64,000 nucleotides of DNA from the NCBI GenBank assembly GCA_017450965.1, contig JAFSSQ010000022.1, forward strand, positions 232 to 64,231. Reading direction: 5' to 3'. Below are positions 25,101 through 34,919 of the stretch, in pieces. Each line of letters opens with the position of its first letter. Within the stretch, counting starts at the first letter, position 1. Source of the DNA: Clostridia bacterium. Its GTDB lineage: Bacteria; Bacillota; Clostridia; Oscillospirales; CAG-272. The notes beneath the pieces were generated by a model that saw only the letters and a program-made list of their open reading frames with translations, was not told where the DNA came from and ran no database searches. A program made the position numbers and the translations under genes.

Positions 25101-26002
25101 AGTACGATACCGAACCTTTCCTGGATTTCCTTTGCCAGCCGCTTTTCCGGCGGGCAGACGGCGGCGATCTCCTCCCCCGTGAGGGGGTGGGAGAAGCGGA
25201 TCCCGTATGCGTGGAGCATACAGCGGGAGGCGGTGTTTCCGTTTCCGTAAAAGCCGTCGCCCGCGATCGGACAGCCGATCGCCGCGAGGGAGACGCGGAT
25301 CTGGTGGGTCCGGCCGGTCCGGGGAAAGACGCAAAGGAGCGCTCCCCGCCCGTCCCTTGCGAGGACCTTATAATCGGTGCGGGCGTACCGCCCGCCGTCT
25401 GCGGAAGAAGAAAAGACGCGCCGGATGCCGCCTTCCCCCTCCGCGCGCCGGATCGTGCCCTCGATCCGTCCGGCGTCGTTTTCCGGCGCGCCGTCCGTGA
25501 CCGCGAGATAGGTTTTTTCGATCTGCCCCGCGGCGATCCGGGAGGAGAGAAGGGAGGCCGCGTATTTCGTTTTGGCGCAGAGGACCGCGCCGGAAACGTC
25601 GGTATCCAGGCGGGTGATCGGCCGGAAGACGAAGGGCTCCCCCCGCGCCGCAAAGAGAAAAGCGGCGCCGTTTGCCAGCGTGCCGCGCGGATGGCCGCGG
25701 GAGGGGTGCGTGGGGATGCCCGCCGGTTTTTCGAAAAGGAGCAGGGCGCCGTCCTCGTAAAGGATCCGGATCCCGAGATCGTCCGGGAGAAGATCGGCGT
25801 TTTTCGTTTCCCTGTCGCAGTCGACAAAGACCCTCTCCCCCGCCCGGACGGGATCCCGCATAAAACGCGGCTTGCCGTCCACCAGAACGCCCGTTTCCGA
25901 GCGCTTCAGTTCTTTCAACAGTTCGGCGGAGCAGTGCAGGCGGCGGGAGAGCAGCGTGCGGAGGCGGACGCCGTCCTGATCTTTTTCCACGGTATATAGC
26001 AT
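25097..26002 (-). CDS. RluA-family pseudouridine synthase (RluD-like, S4 N-domain)
   Basis: 301 aa; KPAGIPTHP and catalytic RLDTDVSG motifs. Confidence 0.9.
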   Translation of the reverse strand: MLYTVEKDQDGVRLRTLLSRRLHCSAELLKELKRSETGVLVDGKPRFMRDPVRAGERVFVDCDRETKNADLLPDDLGIRILYEDGALLLFEKPAGIPTHPSRGHPRGTLANGAAFLFAARGEPFVFRPITRLDTDVSGAVLCAKTKYAASLLSSRIAAGQIEKTYLAVTDGAPENDAGRIEGTIRRAEGEGGIRRVFSSSADGGRYARTDYKVLARDGRGALLCVFPRTGRTHQIRVSLAAIGCPIAGDGFYGNGNTASRCMLHAYGIRFSHPLTGEEIAAVCPPEKRLAKEIQERFGIVL

Positions 26003-26227
26003 GGCCGCCTCCCTTTTTCAGACTACCATCAGTATACCACAGATCGGCAAAAAATCAACACTTTCCTTTCCTCTCCGCCCTCCCGGGCGCCGCCGGAAAA
26101 AACCGGAAAATACGGAGAAAAATTTGCCGAAACTATTTGAATTTTATTTTACGGTATGATATACTTATATTTACAATAGCCGTGCGCGCCGGACCCCCGG
26201 CGCAAAAAAGCATGACGGGAGATCTCT

Positions 26228-27112
26228 ATGGAAGCGATCAGAGAATATTTTTCCGCGTTTTTCAGCAATATGGCGGGGCAGTTCAAGATGATGAAGTGGA
26301 CGGACGTCCTCGACATTCTTCTTCTGACGGCGCTGCTTTATCTCTGTTACCGGTTCCTGCGGGACCGGCGCGCGGGCAAGCTCGCCTCTGGCGTCTTGTT
26401 CGTCCTGCTCCTGCTTCTTCTTTGCGAGGTGCTGGCGCTCAATACGATGCGCTTCCTCTTGCAGAACGTCGTGCAGGTCGGGATTCTTGCGCTGCTCGTG
26501 CTCTTTCAGCCTGAGCTGCGCGAGGCGCTCGAGAAGGTCGGGACCCAGCCGCTGCGCGGGATCAAGAGTCTCTCCGAGTCAAAGGATCTCGCCACGTTCA
26601 ATCACGCCGTCAACGAGATCTGCACCGCCGCGACCGAGCTCAGCCGCTCCCGCACGGGCGCTTTGATCGTGATCGAGCGGAACACCAAGCTCGGCGACAT
26701 CATCCGTACCGGCGTTCCCGTGGACGCGAACGTCAATTCCTATCTGATCCGCAATATCTTTTACGAGGGGGCGCCCCTCCACGACGGCGCCATCGTCATC
26801 CGCGACCTCCGCGTCTGCGCCGCCAACTGCTACCTCCCCCTCTCGCAGAATCCGGACATCACCAAGGAGGTCGGCACCCGCCACCGCGCCGCGATCGGCA
26901 TGAGCGAGGCGAGCGACGCCGTGGTCGTCTGCGTATCGGAGGAAACGGGCATCATCTCCGTCGTGACCGGCGGGGAGATGACCCGCCGCTATAACTTCCA
27001 GACCCTCAACGAAAAACTGACCCGCGAGCTGTCCGATCTTGATCTGTTCCGGAAGATCAAAAAACACGATCCGAAGTCCGGCGGCGCGGAGGAGAAAGGG
27101 GAGGACTCCTGA
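26228..27112 (+). CDS. cdaA: Diadenylate cyclase (c-di-AMP synthase)
   Basis: Three N-terminal TMs plus DAC domain (GALIVIERN, HDGAIVI, GTRHRAA). Confidence 0.9.
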   Translation: MEAIREYFSAFFSNMAGQFKMMKWTDVLDILLLTALLYLCYRFLRDRRAGKLASGVLFVLLLLLLCEVLALNTMRFLLQNVVQVGILALLVLFQPELREALEKVGTQPLRGIKSLSESKDLATFNHAVNEICTAATELSRSRTGALIVIERNTKLGDIIRTGVPVDANVNSYLIRNIFYEGAPLHDGAIVIRDLRVCAANCYLPLSQNPDITKEVGTRHRAAIGMSEASDAVVVCVSEETGIISVVTGGEMTRRYNFQTLNEKLTRELSDLDLFRKIKKHDPKSGGAEEKGEDS

Positions 27113-27113
27113 T

Positions 27114-28358
27114 ATGAACGCAGAAGGAAAAAAACCGCTTGCGCGGAGAGCGGACGGAACGCAGAGCCGCGCCGTCAACGTCGTCGCCTTCGTCGTCTGC
27201 CTCGTGATCGCCGTTTCCGCCTGGCTGTACGTCATGCAGACGGAGAGTCCCGAATACGAGGAGACCTTCACCCGCGTGGCGGTGGAGATCGAGAACGCCT
27301 CCCGCCTTTCCCAGACCAATTCTCTTTCCGTGATCGGCGGCTGGAACGCCGAGGTGGAGGTAAAGGTCAAAGGGAAAAAATCGGACATCGTCAAATATAC
27401 GGCGGAGGATCTTTTCGCCTCGGTTGACGTCGGTTCGATCACCTCGTCCGGCGTACACGCGCTCGACGTTTCCGTCCGGCTGCCGGACCGTCTCTCCTTC
27501 GTCAGCTGCTATCCTTCCTCGATCCAGGTGGAGGTGGACTACGTGGAGACGAAGACGGTCAGGGTCGAGCCGAAGATCGTATCCGCTTCTTACGGGACGG
27601 AACGGGAGCTCGGCGACCCTGTCGCCAGTCCCGCCGAGATCACCGTGAGCGGCCCTTCCGCCGTGCTCGAGACGGTCGCCTCCGCGCGCGTCTCGCTCTC
27701 GCTCGGGGAGCTGACCGGCTCGGTCGTCGCGGTCGACACCGTCACGCTGGTCGACGCAGAGGGGGAGCCGGTGGAAAACCCCTATCTCACCCTCAGCAGC
27801 GGCAGCGTTTCCGTTACCGTGCCGGTTTACGAAAAAAAGACCGTGCCGCTGAAGGTGGATTATAAGTACGGCTATTTCAACAATCTCTACTGCCGGGTCA
27901 CGATCGAGCCGGCGTCCGTTACCCTCAAGGGGGAGCGCAGCGCGCTCGACGCGGTCGACTACATCCTGCTCGACACGCTGGATGAAAAGCAGATCACCTC
28001 GGACATCACCCGGAGCATCGCGATCTCCGTCCCGAAAAAAACGACGCTGGTCGACGACGTTACCTCCGCCACCGTCACGGTGGAAAATATCAATACCTCG
28101 CAGAAGACCGTTACCGTGACCGACATCAAAAAGATCGGAAGCGGCTACGAGCTCGTTACGAAAGAACTCCCGATCCTGCTGCGGGGACCGGCGACGGTCA
28201 TGGAGAAGATCGAAGCGAAAGACGTGACCGTTACCGTGGATCTGACCAAACTGACGGGAACGGGCGACAGCGAAATCAGAGTGGAGGCGAACGTCACGGT
28301 GGCGAGCAGCTTCGTTTACGAGCTCGGGACCTACTACGTCAACGTGAAAAAGAACTGA
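27114..28358 (+). CDS. cdaR: CdaA regulator, YbbR-repeat protein
   Basis: ORF trimmed to MNAEGKKP (ATG 27114, TGATATG junction); N-terminal TM then four YbbR-like beta repeats. Confidence 0.85.
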   Translation: MNAEGKKPLARRADGTQSRAVNVVAFVVCLVIAVSAWLYVMQTESPEYEETFTRVAVEIENASRLSQTNSLSVIGGWNAEVEVKVKGKKSDIVKYTAEDLFASVDVGSITSSGVHALDVSVRLPDRLSFVSCYPSSIQVEVDYVETKTVRVEPKIVSASYGTERELGDPVASPAEITVSGPSAVLETVASARVSLSLGELTGSVVAVDTVTLVDAEGEPVENPYLTLSSGSVSVTVPVYEKKTVPLKVDYKYGYFNNLYCRVTIEPASVTLKGERSALDAVDYILLDTLDEKQITSDITRSIAISVPKKTTLVDDVTSATVTVENINTSQKTVTVTDIKKIGSGYELVTKELPILLRGPATVMEKIEAKDVTVTVDLTKLTGTGDSEIRVEANVTVASSFVYELGTYYVNVKKN

Positions 28359-28359
28359 T

Positions 28360-29973
28360 TTGACCGAACTGATCTTAAACGACCTCATCCTCCCGCCGGA
28401 CGGGGGAGAGGCCGAGGCGTGCGCCCTCGCCCGGAAACGGCTGAAGGAAAACGGGCTCCCCGCCCGCGCCGAAACGTCCGTGTACCGGTTTTCGGTAGAC
28501 GCCCGCCGCAGGCAGAACGTCCGGCTCGTCTGGTCCGTCCGGGTGCGGACGGAGGAGGATTTTCTCCCGGCGGAAGAGGCGGAGAAAAAAGCGCTGCTTG
28601 CCCGTCTGCACGCAAACGAGGCGGGCGAAACGTACGATCTCTCCCGTCTTCCCGAGAGAGCGGTACCGCCAAAGGGCCCGCCCGTGATCGTCGGGATGGG
28701 ACCGGCGGGGCTCTTTGCGGCGCTTCTTTTAGCGAAAAAGGGGATGCGGCCCGTCCTCCTCGAGCGGGGCGGCACGGTCCGGGAACGGATCGCCGCCCGC
28801 GACGCTTTTTATCGGACGGGACGGCTCGATCCCGACTGCAACGTCCAGTTCGGCGCGGGCGGCGCCGGGACTTTCTCGGACGGCAAGCTCGTCACGCGGG
28901 TAAACGACCCGCGCTGCCGCTTCGTTCTGGAGGAGCTGGCGTCGCTCGGCGCGCCGCGGGAGATCCTCACCCGCGCCCGCCCGCACGTCGGCACCGACCT
29001 GCTCCCCTCGCTTGTCGAGCGGGCGGCGGAGCGGATCGCCGCGCTCGGCGGCAGGATCCTGTACCGTACCGCCCTGACCGGCTTTTCTCTTTCCGGCGGA
29101 CGGATCGCCGCCGCGCAAACGACCGGCGGGGAGATCCCCTGTTCCTCTCTCGTTCTCGCCTGCGGACACAGCGCGCGGGACGTGTATTCGTTTCTGCCGC
29201 GCTACGGCGTTTTGCCGGAGGTCAAGCCCTTTTCCGTCGGGGTGCGGATCGAGCATACCGCGGCGGAGATCGACCGGGCCATGTACGGCGCGCTCGCCGG
29301 TCATCCGGCGCTCGGCCACGCCGAGTATAACCTCTCTCACCGCGTGGACGGCAGAGGCGTTTACACCTTCTGTATGTGCCCGGGCGGGGAGGTCGTCGCC
29401 GCCGCAACGGAGGAGGGCGGCGTCGTGACCAACGGCATGAGTCCCTTTGCGCGCGACGGGGTCAATTCCAACGCCGCCGTCGCCGTTTCCGTTTTTCCCT
29501 CGGACTGCGGCTCCTCGCCGGAGGGGGCGATCGCCTTTCAGCGCGAGCTGGAGCGGCGCGCGTTTTCCCTCGGGGGCGGGGGCTTTGCCGCTCCCGTTTC
29601 CACCGTCGGCGATCTGATGCGCGGGACCTCGGGGACCGCGCCCTCCCGGATCCTGCCGACCTATATGGGCGGCCGGTGCCGCACGGCGGATCTCGCCTCT
29701 CTTTTTCCTCCCTTTATCACACAGGCCCTGCGGGGCGGGCTTGCCGCCTTCGGCAGAACGCTTACGGGCTTTGACGTTTCCGACGCCGTGCTGACGGCGG
29801 CGGAAACGCGCACCTCCGCCCCCCTCCGCATCCCGCGCGACCCGGAGACGCTCGCTTCCCCCGTCCTCTCCAACCTCTACCCCTGCGGGGAGGGAGCCGG
29901 CTACGCCGGCGGGATCACCAGCGCCGCCGCGGACGGACTGCGCGCGGCGGAAAAAATCTTACTCGGAGACTGA
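28360..29973 (+). CDS. FAD-dependent protein (COG2509-like uncharacterised dehydrogenase)
   Basis: 537 aa, TTG start 1 nt after cdaR stop; dinucleotide fold VIVGMGPAGLFAALLL...LLERG, GAGGAGTFSDGKL. Confidence 0.75.
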   Translation: MTELILNDLILPPDGGEAEACALARKRLKENGLPARAETSVYRFSVDARRRQNVRLVWSVRVRTEEDFLPAEEAEKKALLARLHANEAGETYDLSRLPERAVPPKGPPVIVGMGPAGLFAALLLAKKGMRPVLLERGGTVRERIAARDAFYRTGRLDPDCNVQFGAGGAGTFSDGKLVTRVNDPRCRFVLEELASLGAPREILTRARPHVGTDLLPSLVERAAERIAALGGRILYRTALTGFSLSGGRIAAAQTTGGEIPCSSLVLACGHSARDVYSFLPRYGVLPEVKPFSVGVRIEHTAAEIDRAMYGALAGHPALGHAEYNLSHRVDGRGVYTFCMCPGGEVVAAATEEGGVVTNGMSPFARDGVNSNAAVAVSVFPSDCGSSPEGAIAFQRELERRAFSLGGGGFAAPVSTVGDLMRGTSGTAPSRILPTYMGGRCRTADLASLFPPFITQALRGGLAAFGRTLTGFDVSDAVLTAAETRTSAPLRIPRDPETLASPVLSNLYPCGEGAGYAGGITSAAADGLRAAEKILLGD

Positions 29974-29974
29974 T

Positions 29975-30436
29975 ATGCAGCAGAACGCGACCGTGATAAA
30001 AACGGACGGCGCTTACGCCGTCGTGGAGGCGGTGCGCTCCTCCGCCTGTGACGGCTGTCACCGGGCGGCGGAGGGGTGTACCGCCTGCAGCCTGCTCGGC
30101 GGAAAGAATACGATGCGGGCGAAAGCCCGCAACGACGCGGGTGCGAGAGAGGGCGATCTCGTTTCGGTGGAAGCGTCCTCCGGCCGCACGCTTTTTTACG
30201 CGGTCCTTGTTTTCCTTCTTCCGCTTCTTCTGGCGGCGGTCGGGTACTTCGCCGCTTTCCTCGCCGGAGGGGAGGAAAAGATCCGGATCGCCGCGGGAGC
30301 CGGAGGGTTCCTTCTGGCGATGATCGGTGTGTTTCTCTATTCCCGGCTGGCGATCGCCGGTCGGTGCGACATCCGGATCACGGAGATCCTCTGCCCTGCG
30401 GAGAGCAGGGAGAAAGACGAGGCGGCAGACCGGTGA
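29975..30436 (+). CDS. RseC/MucC-family (SoxR-reducing system) membrane protein
   Basis: 153 aa; N-terminal Cys cluster CDGC...CTAC, then two TM helices; TGATATG junction. Confidence 0.7.
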   Translation: MQQNATVIKTDGAYAVVEAVRSSACDGCHRAAEGCTACSLLGGKNTMRAKARNDAGAREGDLVSVEASSGRTLFYAVLVFLLPLLLAAVGYFAAFLAGGEEKIRIAAGAGGFLLAMIGVFLYSRLAIAGRCDIRITEILCPAESREKDEAADR

Positions 30437-32640
30437 ACGACAAGATCCACAAACCGAAGACACGGCGCTGGACGCTGCGCAAGGGCGCGCCGGAGCGTCC
30501 GGACGGAGCCGCCGTCTCCGCGCTTTCCGACGGGCTGCGCGTCTCCCGCGCGTTCGCTTCGCTCCTCTGTTCCCGCGGATATACCGACGTCGGAAAGGCA
30601 AACGCCTTTTTGCGGGCGGAGGAGGAGATCTTGCACGATCCCTTTCTCCTCCCCGATATGGACCGGGCGGTCGATACCGTCGAGCGCGCGCTGAAAGAAG
30701 AAAAAAAGATCCGCATCTACGGCGACTACGACGTGGACGGCGTGACCTCGGTCAGCACCCTTTTTCTTTATCTGAAATCCCGCGGCGCGGACGTTTCCTA
30801 TTATATCCCCGACCGTATCCGGGACGGGTACGGTATGTCCGCCTCCGCCGTGGAGGAAATGGCGCGGGACGGCGTCGCTCTCGTCGTCACGGTCGATACC
30901 GGCGTGACGGCGAACGAAGAGATCGCGGCGGCAAGAGCGCGCGGGCTCTCGGTCGTCGTCACCGATCATCACGAATGCCGGGACGAACTGCCCGAGGCGG
31001 ACGCGGTCGTCAACCCCCGCCGCCGGGACAGCCGCTATCCCTTCGACGGGCTCGCCGGCGTGGGCGTCGTTTTCAAACTGATCTGCGCGTTGGAGATGAA
31101 GCGGACGGACGATCCGCTCTCCGCCGTGCGGAGCGTGTGTTCCGACTACGCGGACCTTGTTTCCCTCGGCACGATCGCGGACGTGATGCCCATCGTGGAC
31201 GAAAACCGCCTGATCGTCAAATACGGCCTTTCCCGGATCCGCAAGGGCAGCCGCGAGGCGATCTCCGCGATCATCGCCGCCTCGCGCAAACGGCCGGACG
31301 GCGGCTCTTCCTACCAGAAGCCGCCGCGCATCACCTCCTCCTTTATCGGTTTTACCGTCGCGCCGCGGATCAACGCGGCGGGCCGGATCGCGAGCGCCGC
31401 GCGCGCGGTCGAGCTGTTTCTGACCGACTCGCCCGCCCGGGCAAAGGAGCTGGCCGACGAGCTGTGCGAGATCAACCGTCTCCGTCAGGCGGAGGAAAAC
31501 CGCATCGCCGCGGAGGCGCTGGCCAAGATCGAGGAAGGGTACGATACGGAAAAGGAGCCGGTGATCGTGCTGGAGGACGATTCCTGGCATCACGGGGTCG
31601 TCGGGATCGTATCCTCCCGGATCACCGAACGCTTCGGGCTTCCTTCCATCCTCATTTCCTACGAGGGGACGGGCGTCTGCACGCCGGACGGCGAGGACGT
31701 CGGCAAAGGCTCCGGCCGGAGCGTGCGGGGACTGAACCTTGTGGAGGCGCTCGCCGCCTGCTCCGATCTGCTGGAAAAATACGGCGGCCACGAGCTGGCG
31801 GCCGGACTTACGCTGAAGCGGAAAAACGTTCCGGCGTTTCGCCGCCGGATCAACGAATACGCGGCGGGGGTCTTTTCCGCCGGCGCGGCGGAGCCCTCTC
31901 TCGAGTACGATATGGAGCTTGCCCCCGGGGAAGCGGACCTTGCCTTCGCGGAGGAGCTGCAGCTCATCGAGCCGTGCGGGATCGGCAATCCCGCGCCCTG
32001 CTTTATGATGCGGGATATTCCCGTGCTGGAGGTTTTGCCGGTCAGCGCGGGCAAACATACCAAACTGATCCTCGACTGCGGCGGGACGCAGGTTTCCGCC
32101 ATGTTCTTTTCCCGTTCGCCCGCCTCGGTCGGCGTGTTTTCCGGTGAGCGCGCGGACCTGCTCTTTTCGGTGGAGATCAACGAATACGGCGGCGCGCGGA
32201 GCGTGCAGTTCTTTTTAAAGGATCTGCGCCGTTCCGAGACTGCGGCGCGGCTCCGCGCAAAAGAGAAGGCCCGCTTTGAGGAGCTTTGCTCCGGCGCCGA
32301 GGTCGGGGAAGACGAGGACGCCGTGCCGGATCGCGCGGATATCGCCGCGGTCTATACGCTGCTGCGGCGGGAGACGCGCGTCGGAAACGACGAGATGAGC
32401 TGCCGCGCGATGCTTGCGCTGCTCGCGGAGAACGCCGGCGGCCCGGGGTATCTCAAACTGCGGTTTTCGCTTCTGATCCTCGAGGAGCTTGGGCTCATCC
32501 GGCTGGAGGAAAGGGAAGAGGAGACCTACCGGATCACGCTGGAGCCGGTAACGGAAAAGACCGTGCTGGAGCGCTCGGCGCTGCTCCGGCGGCTTCGCGC
32601 ATCACAAAAACGGGAGAACGACCATGGCAACGACCGATGA
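30433..32640 (+). CDS. recJ: Single-stranded-DNA-specific exonuclease RecJ
   Basis: ORF 30076..32640 trimmed to GTG 30433 (GTGA overlap); DHH motifs IYGDYDVDGVTS, VTVDTG, VVVTDHHE; DHHA1 region. Confidence 0.9.
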   Translation: MNDKIHKPKTRRWTLRKGAPERPDGAAVSALSDGLRVSRAFASLLCSRGYTDVGKANAFLRAEEEILHDPFLLPDMDRAVDTVERALKEEKKIRIYGDYDVDGVTSVSTLFLYLKSRGADVSYYIPDRIRDGYGMSASAVEEMARDGVALVVTVDTGVTANEEIAAARARGLSVVVTDHHECRDELPEADAVVNPRRRDSRYPFDGLAGVGVVFKLICALEMKRTDDPLSAVRSVCSDYADLVSLGTIADVMPIVDENRLIVKYGLSRIRKGSREAISAIIAASRKRPDGGSSYQKPPRITSSFIGFTVAPRINAAGRIASAARAVELFLTDSPARAKELADELCEINRLRQAEENRIAAEALAKIEEGYDTEKEPVIVLEDDSWHHGVVGIVSSRITERFGLPSILISYEGTGVCTPDGEDVGKGSGRSVRGLNLVEALAACSDLLEKYGGHELAAGLTLKRKNVPAFRRRINEYAAGVFSAGAAEPSLEYDMELAPGEADLAFAEELQLIEPCGIGNPAPCFMMRDIPVLEVLPVSAGKHTKLILDCGGTQVSAMFFSRSPASVGVFSGERADLLFSVEINEYGGARSVQFFLKDLRRSETAARLRAKEKARFEELCSGAEVGEDEDAVPDRADIAAVYTLLRRETRVGNDEMSCRAMLALLAENAGGPGYLKLRFSLLILEELGLIRLEEREEETYRITLEPVTEKTVLERSALLRRLRASQKRENDHGNDR

Positions 32641-34903
32641 ACGAAAAGAAAACGCGGGGGAGGGAGTTGCCCCCGAGGAGCAGACGAGGATACCGGTAGA
32701 GGATCTCACCGGGATCGCCGTTTTGCTCGATATGCTCCGCCAGAGCGGAAAAAAGTATAACTTTGAGAAGATCGAGCGCGCCTACGTCTACGCGCGCGAC
32801 CTGCACGAAGGGCAGTTCCGGCAGAGCGGGGAGCCGTATATCACCCATCCCGTCGCCGTTGCCGAGATCCTCGCCGGCCTGGGGCTGGATTCCGATTCGA
32901 TCTGCGCCGCCCTCCTCCACGACACGGTCGAGGACTGCGAAGGAAAGACCGATCTCGACGCGATCACCAAGCTCTTCGGGCCGGAGGTCGCGCTTCTGGT
33001 CGACGGGGTAACGAAGATCGTTGCGATCGACATCGAGGATAAAGAGGAAGCGCACATCGAGAACATCCGCAAGATGCTCCTTGCGATGTCGAAGGATATC
33101 CGCGTGATCTTCATCAAGCTCTGCGACCGCCTGCACAATATGCGTACGCTGATGGCAAAGGCGGACAGCAAACGCCGCTCGGTCGCGCTGGAGACGATGT
33201 ACGTCTACGCGCCGCTCGCGCACCGGCTCGGGATGCAGCGCATCAAGCAGGAGCTGGAGGATCTCAGTCTCCGGTATCTCGACCCCATCGGCTACGGGGA
33301 GGTCGAGAGCGCGATCAAGCAGAAATACGGAAAGAGCGTCGGCTTTATCGAGACGGCCCGCCGCCAGATCGAAGAAAAACTGACCGAAAATAAGATGCCC
33401 TTTACGCTGGAGATGCGGATCAAGTCGGTATACAGTCTCTACAACAAGATGTATACGCAGAACAAGACCTTCGACCAGATCTACGATTTTTACGCGCTGC
33501 GCATCATCGTGGAGACGGAACTGGAGTGCTACACCGCGCTCGGCCTGATCCACGAGATGTTCAGCTCGGTCCCCGGGCGCTTCAAGGACTATATCTCCAC
33601 GCCGAAGCCGAACAACTACCGCTCCCTGCATACCACCGTCATCGGCAAGGGCGGCATCCCGTTCGAGGTGCAGATCCGCACCTACGAGATGCACCATATC
33701 GCCGAATACGGTATCGCGGCGCACTGGAAGTATAAATCCGGGGAAAAGTCGAGCGCCGATCTCGCGCAGAAGCTCAGCTGGGTCGCCAAGCTCCTGGAAA
33801 CGGAAAGCAGCACCACCGACCCCGACGAGTTCATGCACGCGCTCAAGACCGACATTTTCAACGACGAGACCTTCGTCTTTACGCCGCGGGGCGATCTGAT
33901 CGCGCTTCCCCTCGGCTCTACCGTCATCGACTTTGCCTATTCGATCCATTCGGAAGTGGGCAACAAGATGATCGGCGCCAAAATCAACAACGTCATGGTC
34001 CCGATCGACCGCGTTTTGCAAAACGGGGAGATCGTGGAGATCCTCACCTCCGCCGCCTCCAAGGGGCCGAGCCGCGACTGGCTCAAGATCGTGAAAACGA
34101 GCGAGGCGCAGAACAAGATCCGCCAGTTCTTCAAAAAGGAGCGCCGCGCGGAGAATATCCTCGTCGGCCGCGGCGAGGTGGAGCGGGAGCTGAAGCGCTC
34201 CGGCCGCGCCTATACCGAGGAACAGCTTTCCGAGATCGTGACGAACGTCGCCCGCAAGATGGGGATCCAGGAGGCGGACGACCTCTACAACACCATCGGC
34301 TACGGCGGCCTCTCCGCCGCCAAGATCGCAACGCGCCTGCGGGACGAGTTCGACCGCGTGGTCGCGCCGGAGCCCACGGTGATCACCGAGGCGGAGCAGG
34401 TAAAAACGACCCAGCCGAAGAATATCAAGAGCAGCGGCGGCATCGTTGTCGACGGGCAGCACGACTGTCTCGTCAAGTTCGCCAAGTGCTGCAACCCGCT
34501 GCCCGGAGACTCCGTGGTCGGGTTTGTGACGCGGGGCTACGGGATCTCGATCCACAAGGCGGACTGCCCGAACTTCACCGCCAGCGTCGCCCGCGCGGAG
34601 AACGCCGGCCGGTGGGTGGAAGCCCACTGGGAGCGGGAGGAGAGCGCCTCCGGCGCTTCCGGCGTTTACGAGGCGATGATCCAGATCCGCGCCGAAAACA
34701 CGCTTACCTTGCTTGCCGATATCACCGTGGCGCTCGCCGAGATGCGGGTCGCCCTGATGCAGATCAACACCGGTCAGCGCACCGAGGTCTCGATCGTCGT
34801 CAATCTGACGGTCGCCTGCAAGGACGTGAGCCATTATCATTCCATCGTTTCCCGCCTTCGCTCGATCCGGGGTGTGAACAGCGTCAGCCGGGGATTTATA
34901 TGA
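32624..34903 (+). CDS. relA: Bifunctional (p)ppGpp synthetase/hydrolase (RSH, Rel)
   Basis: 759 aa; HD hydrolase (HPVAVAEIL, HDTVEDC), synthetase (YRSLHTTV), TGS and ACT regions; 17-nt overlap with recJ. Confidence 0.95.
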   Translation: MATTDERKENAGEGVAPEEQTRIPVEDLTGIAVLLDMLRQSGKKYNFEKIERAYVYARDLHEGQFRQSGEPYITHPVAVAEILAGLGLDSDSICAALLHDTVEDCEGKTDLDAITKLFGPEVALLVDGVTKIVAIDIEDKEEAHIENIRKMLLAMSKDIRVIFIKLCDRLHNMRTLMAKADSKRRSVALETMYVYAPLAHRLGMQRIKQELEDLSLRYLDPIGYGEVESAIKQKYGKSVGFIETARRQIEEKLTENKMPFTLEMRIKSVYSLYNKMYTQNKTFDQIYDFYALRIIVETELECYTALGLIHEMFSSVPGRFKDYISTPKPNNYRSLHTTVIGKGGIPFEVQIRTYEMHHIAEYGIAAHWKYKSGEKSSADLAQKLSWVAKLLETESSTTDPDEFMHALKTDIFNDETFVFTPRGDLIALPLGSTVIDFAYSIHSEVGNKMIGAKINNVMVPIDRVLQNGEIVEILTSAASKGPSRDWLKIVKTSEAQNKIRQFFKKERRAENILVGRGEVERELKRSGRAYTEEQLSEIVTNVARKMGIQEADDLYNTIGYGGLSAAKIATRLRDEFDRVVAPEPTVITEAEQVKTTQPKNIKSSGGIVVDGQHDCLVKFAKCCNPLPGDSVVGFVTRGYGISIHKADCPNFTASVARAENAGRWVEAHWEREESASGASGVYEAMIQIRAENTLTLLADITVALAEMRVALMQINTGQRTEVSIVVNLTVACKDVSHYHSIVSRLRSIRGVNSVSRGFI

Positions 34904-34919
34904 GGAAAGGGGACCTGAC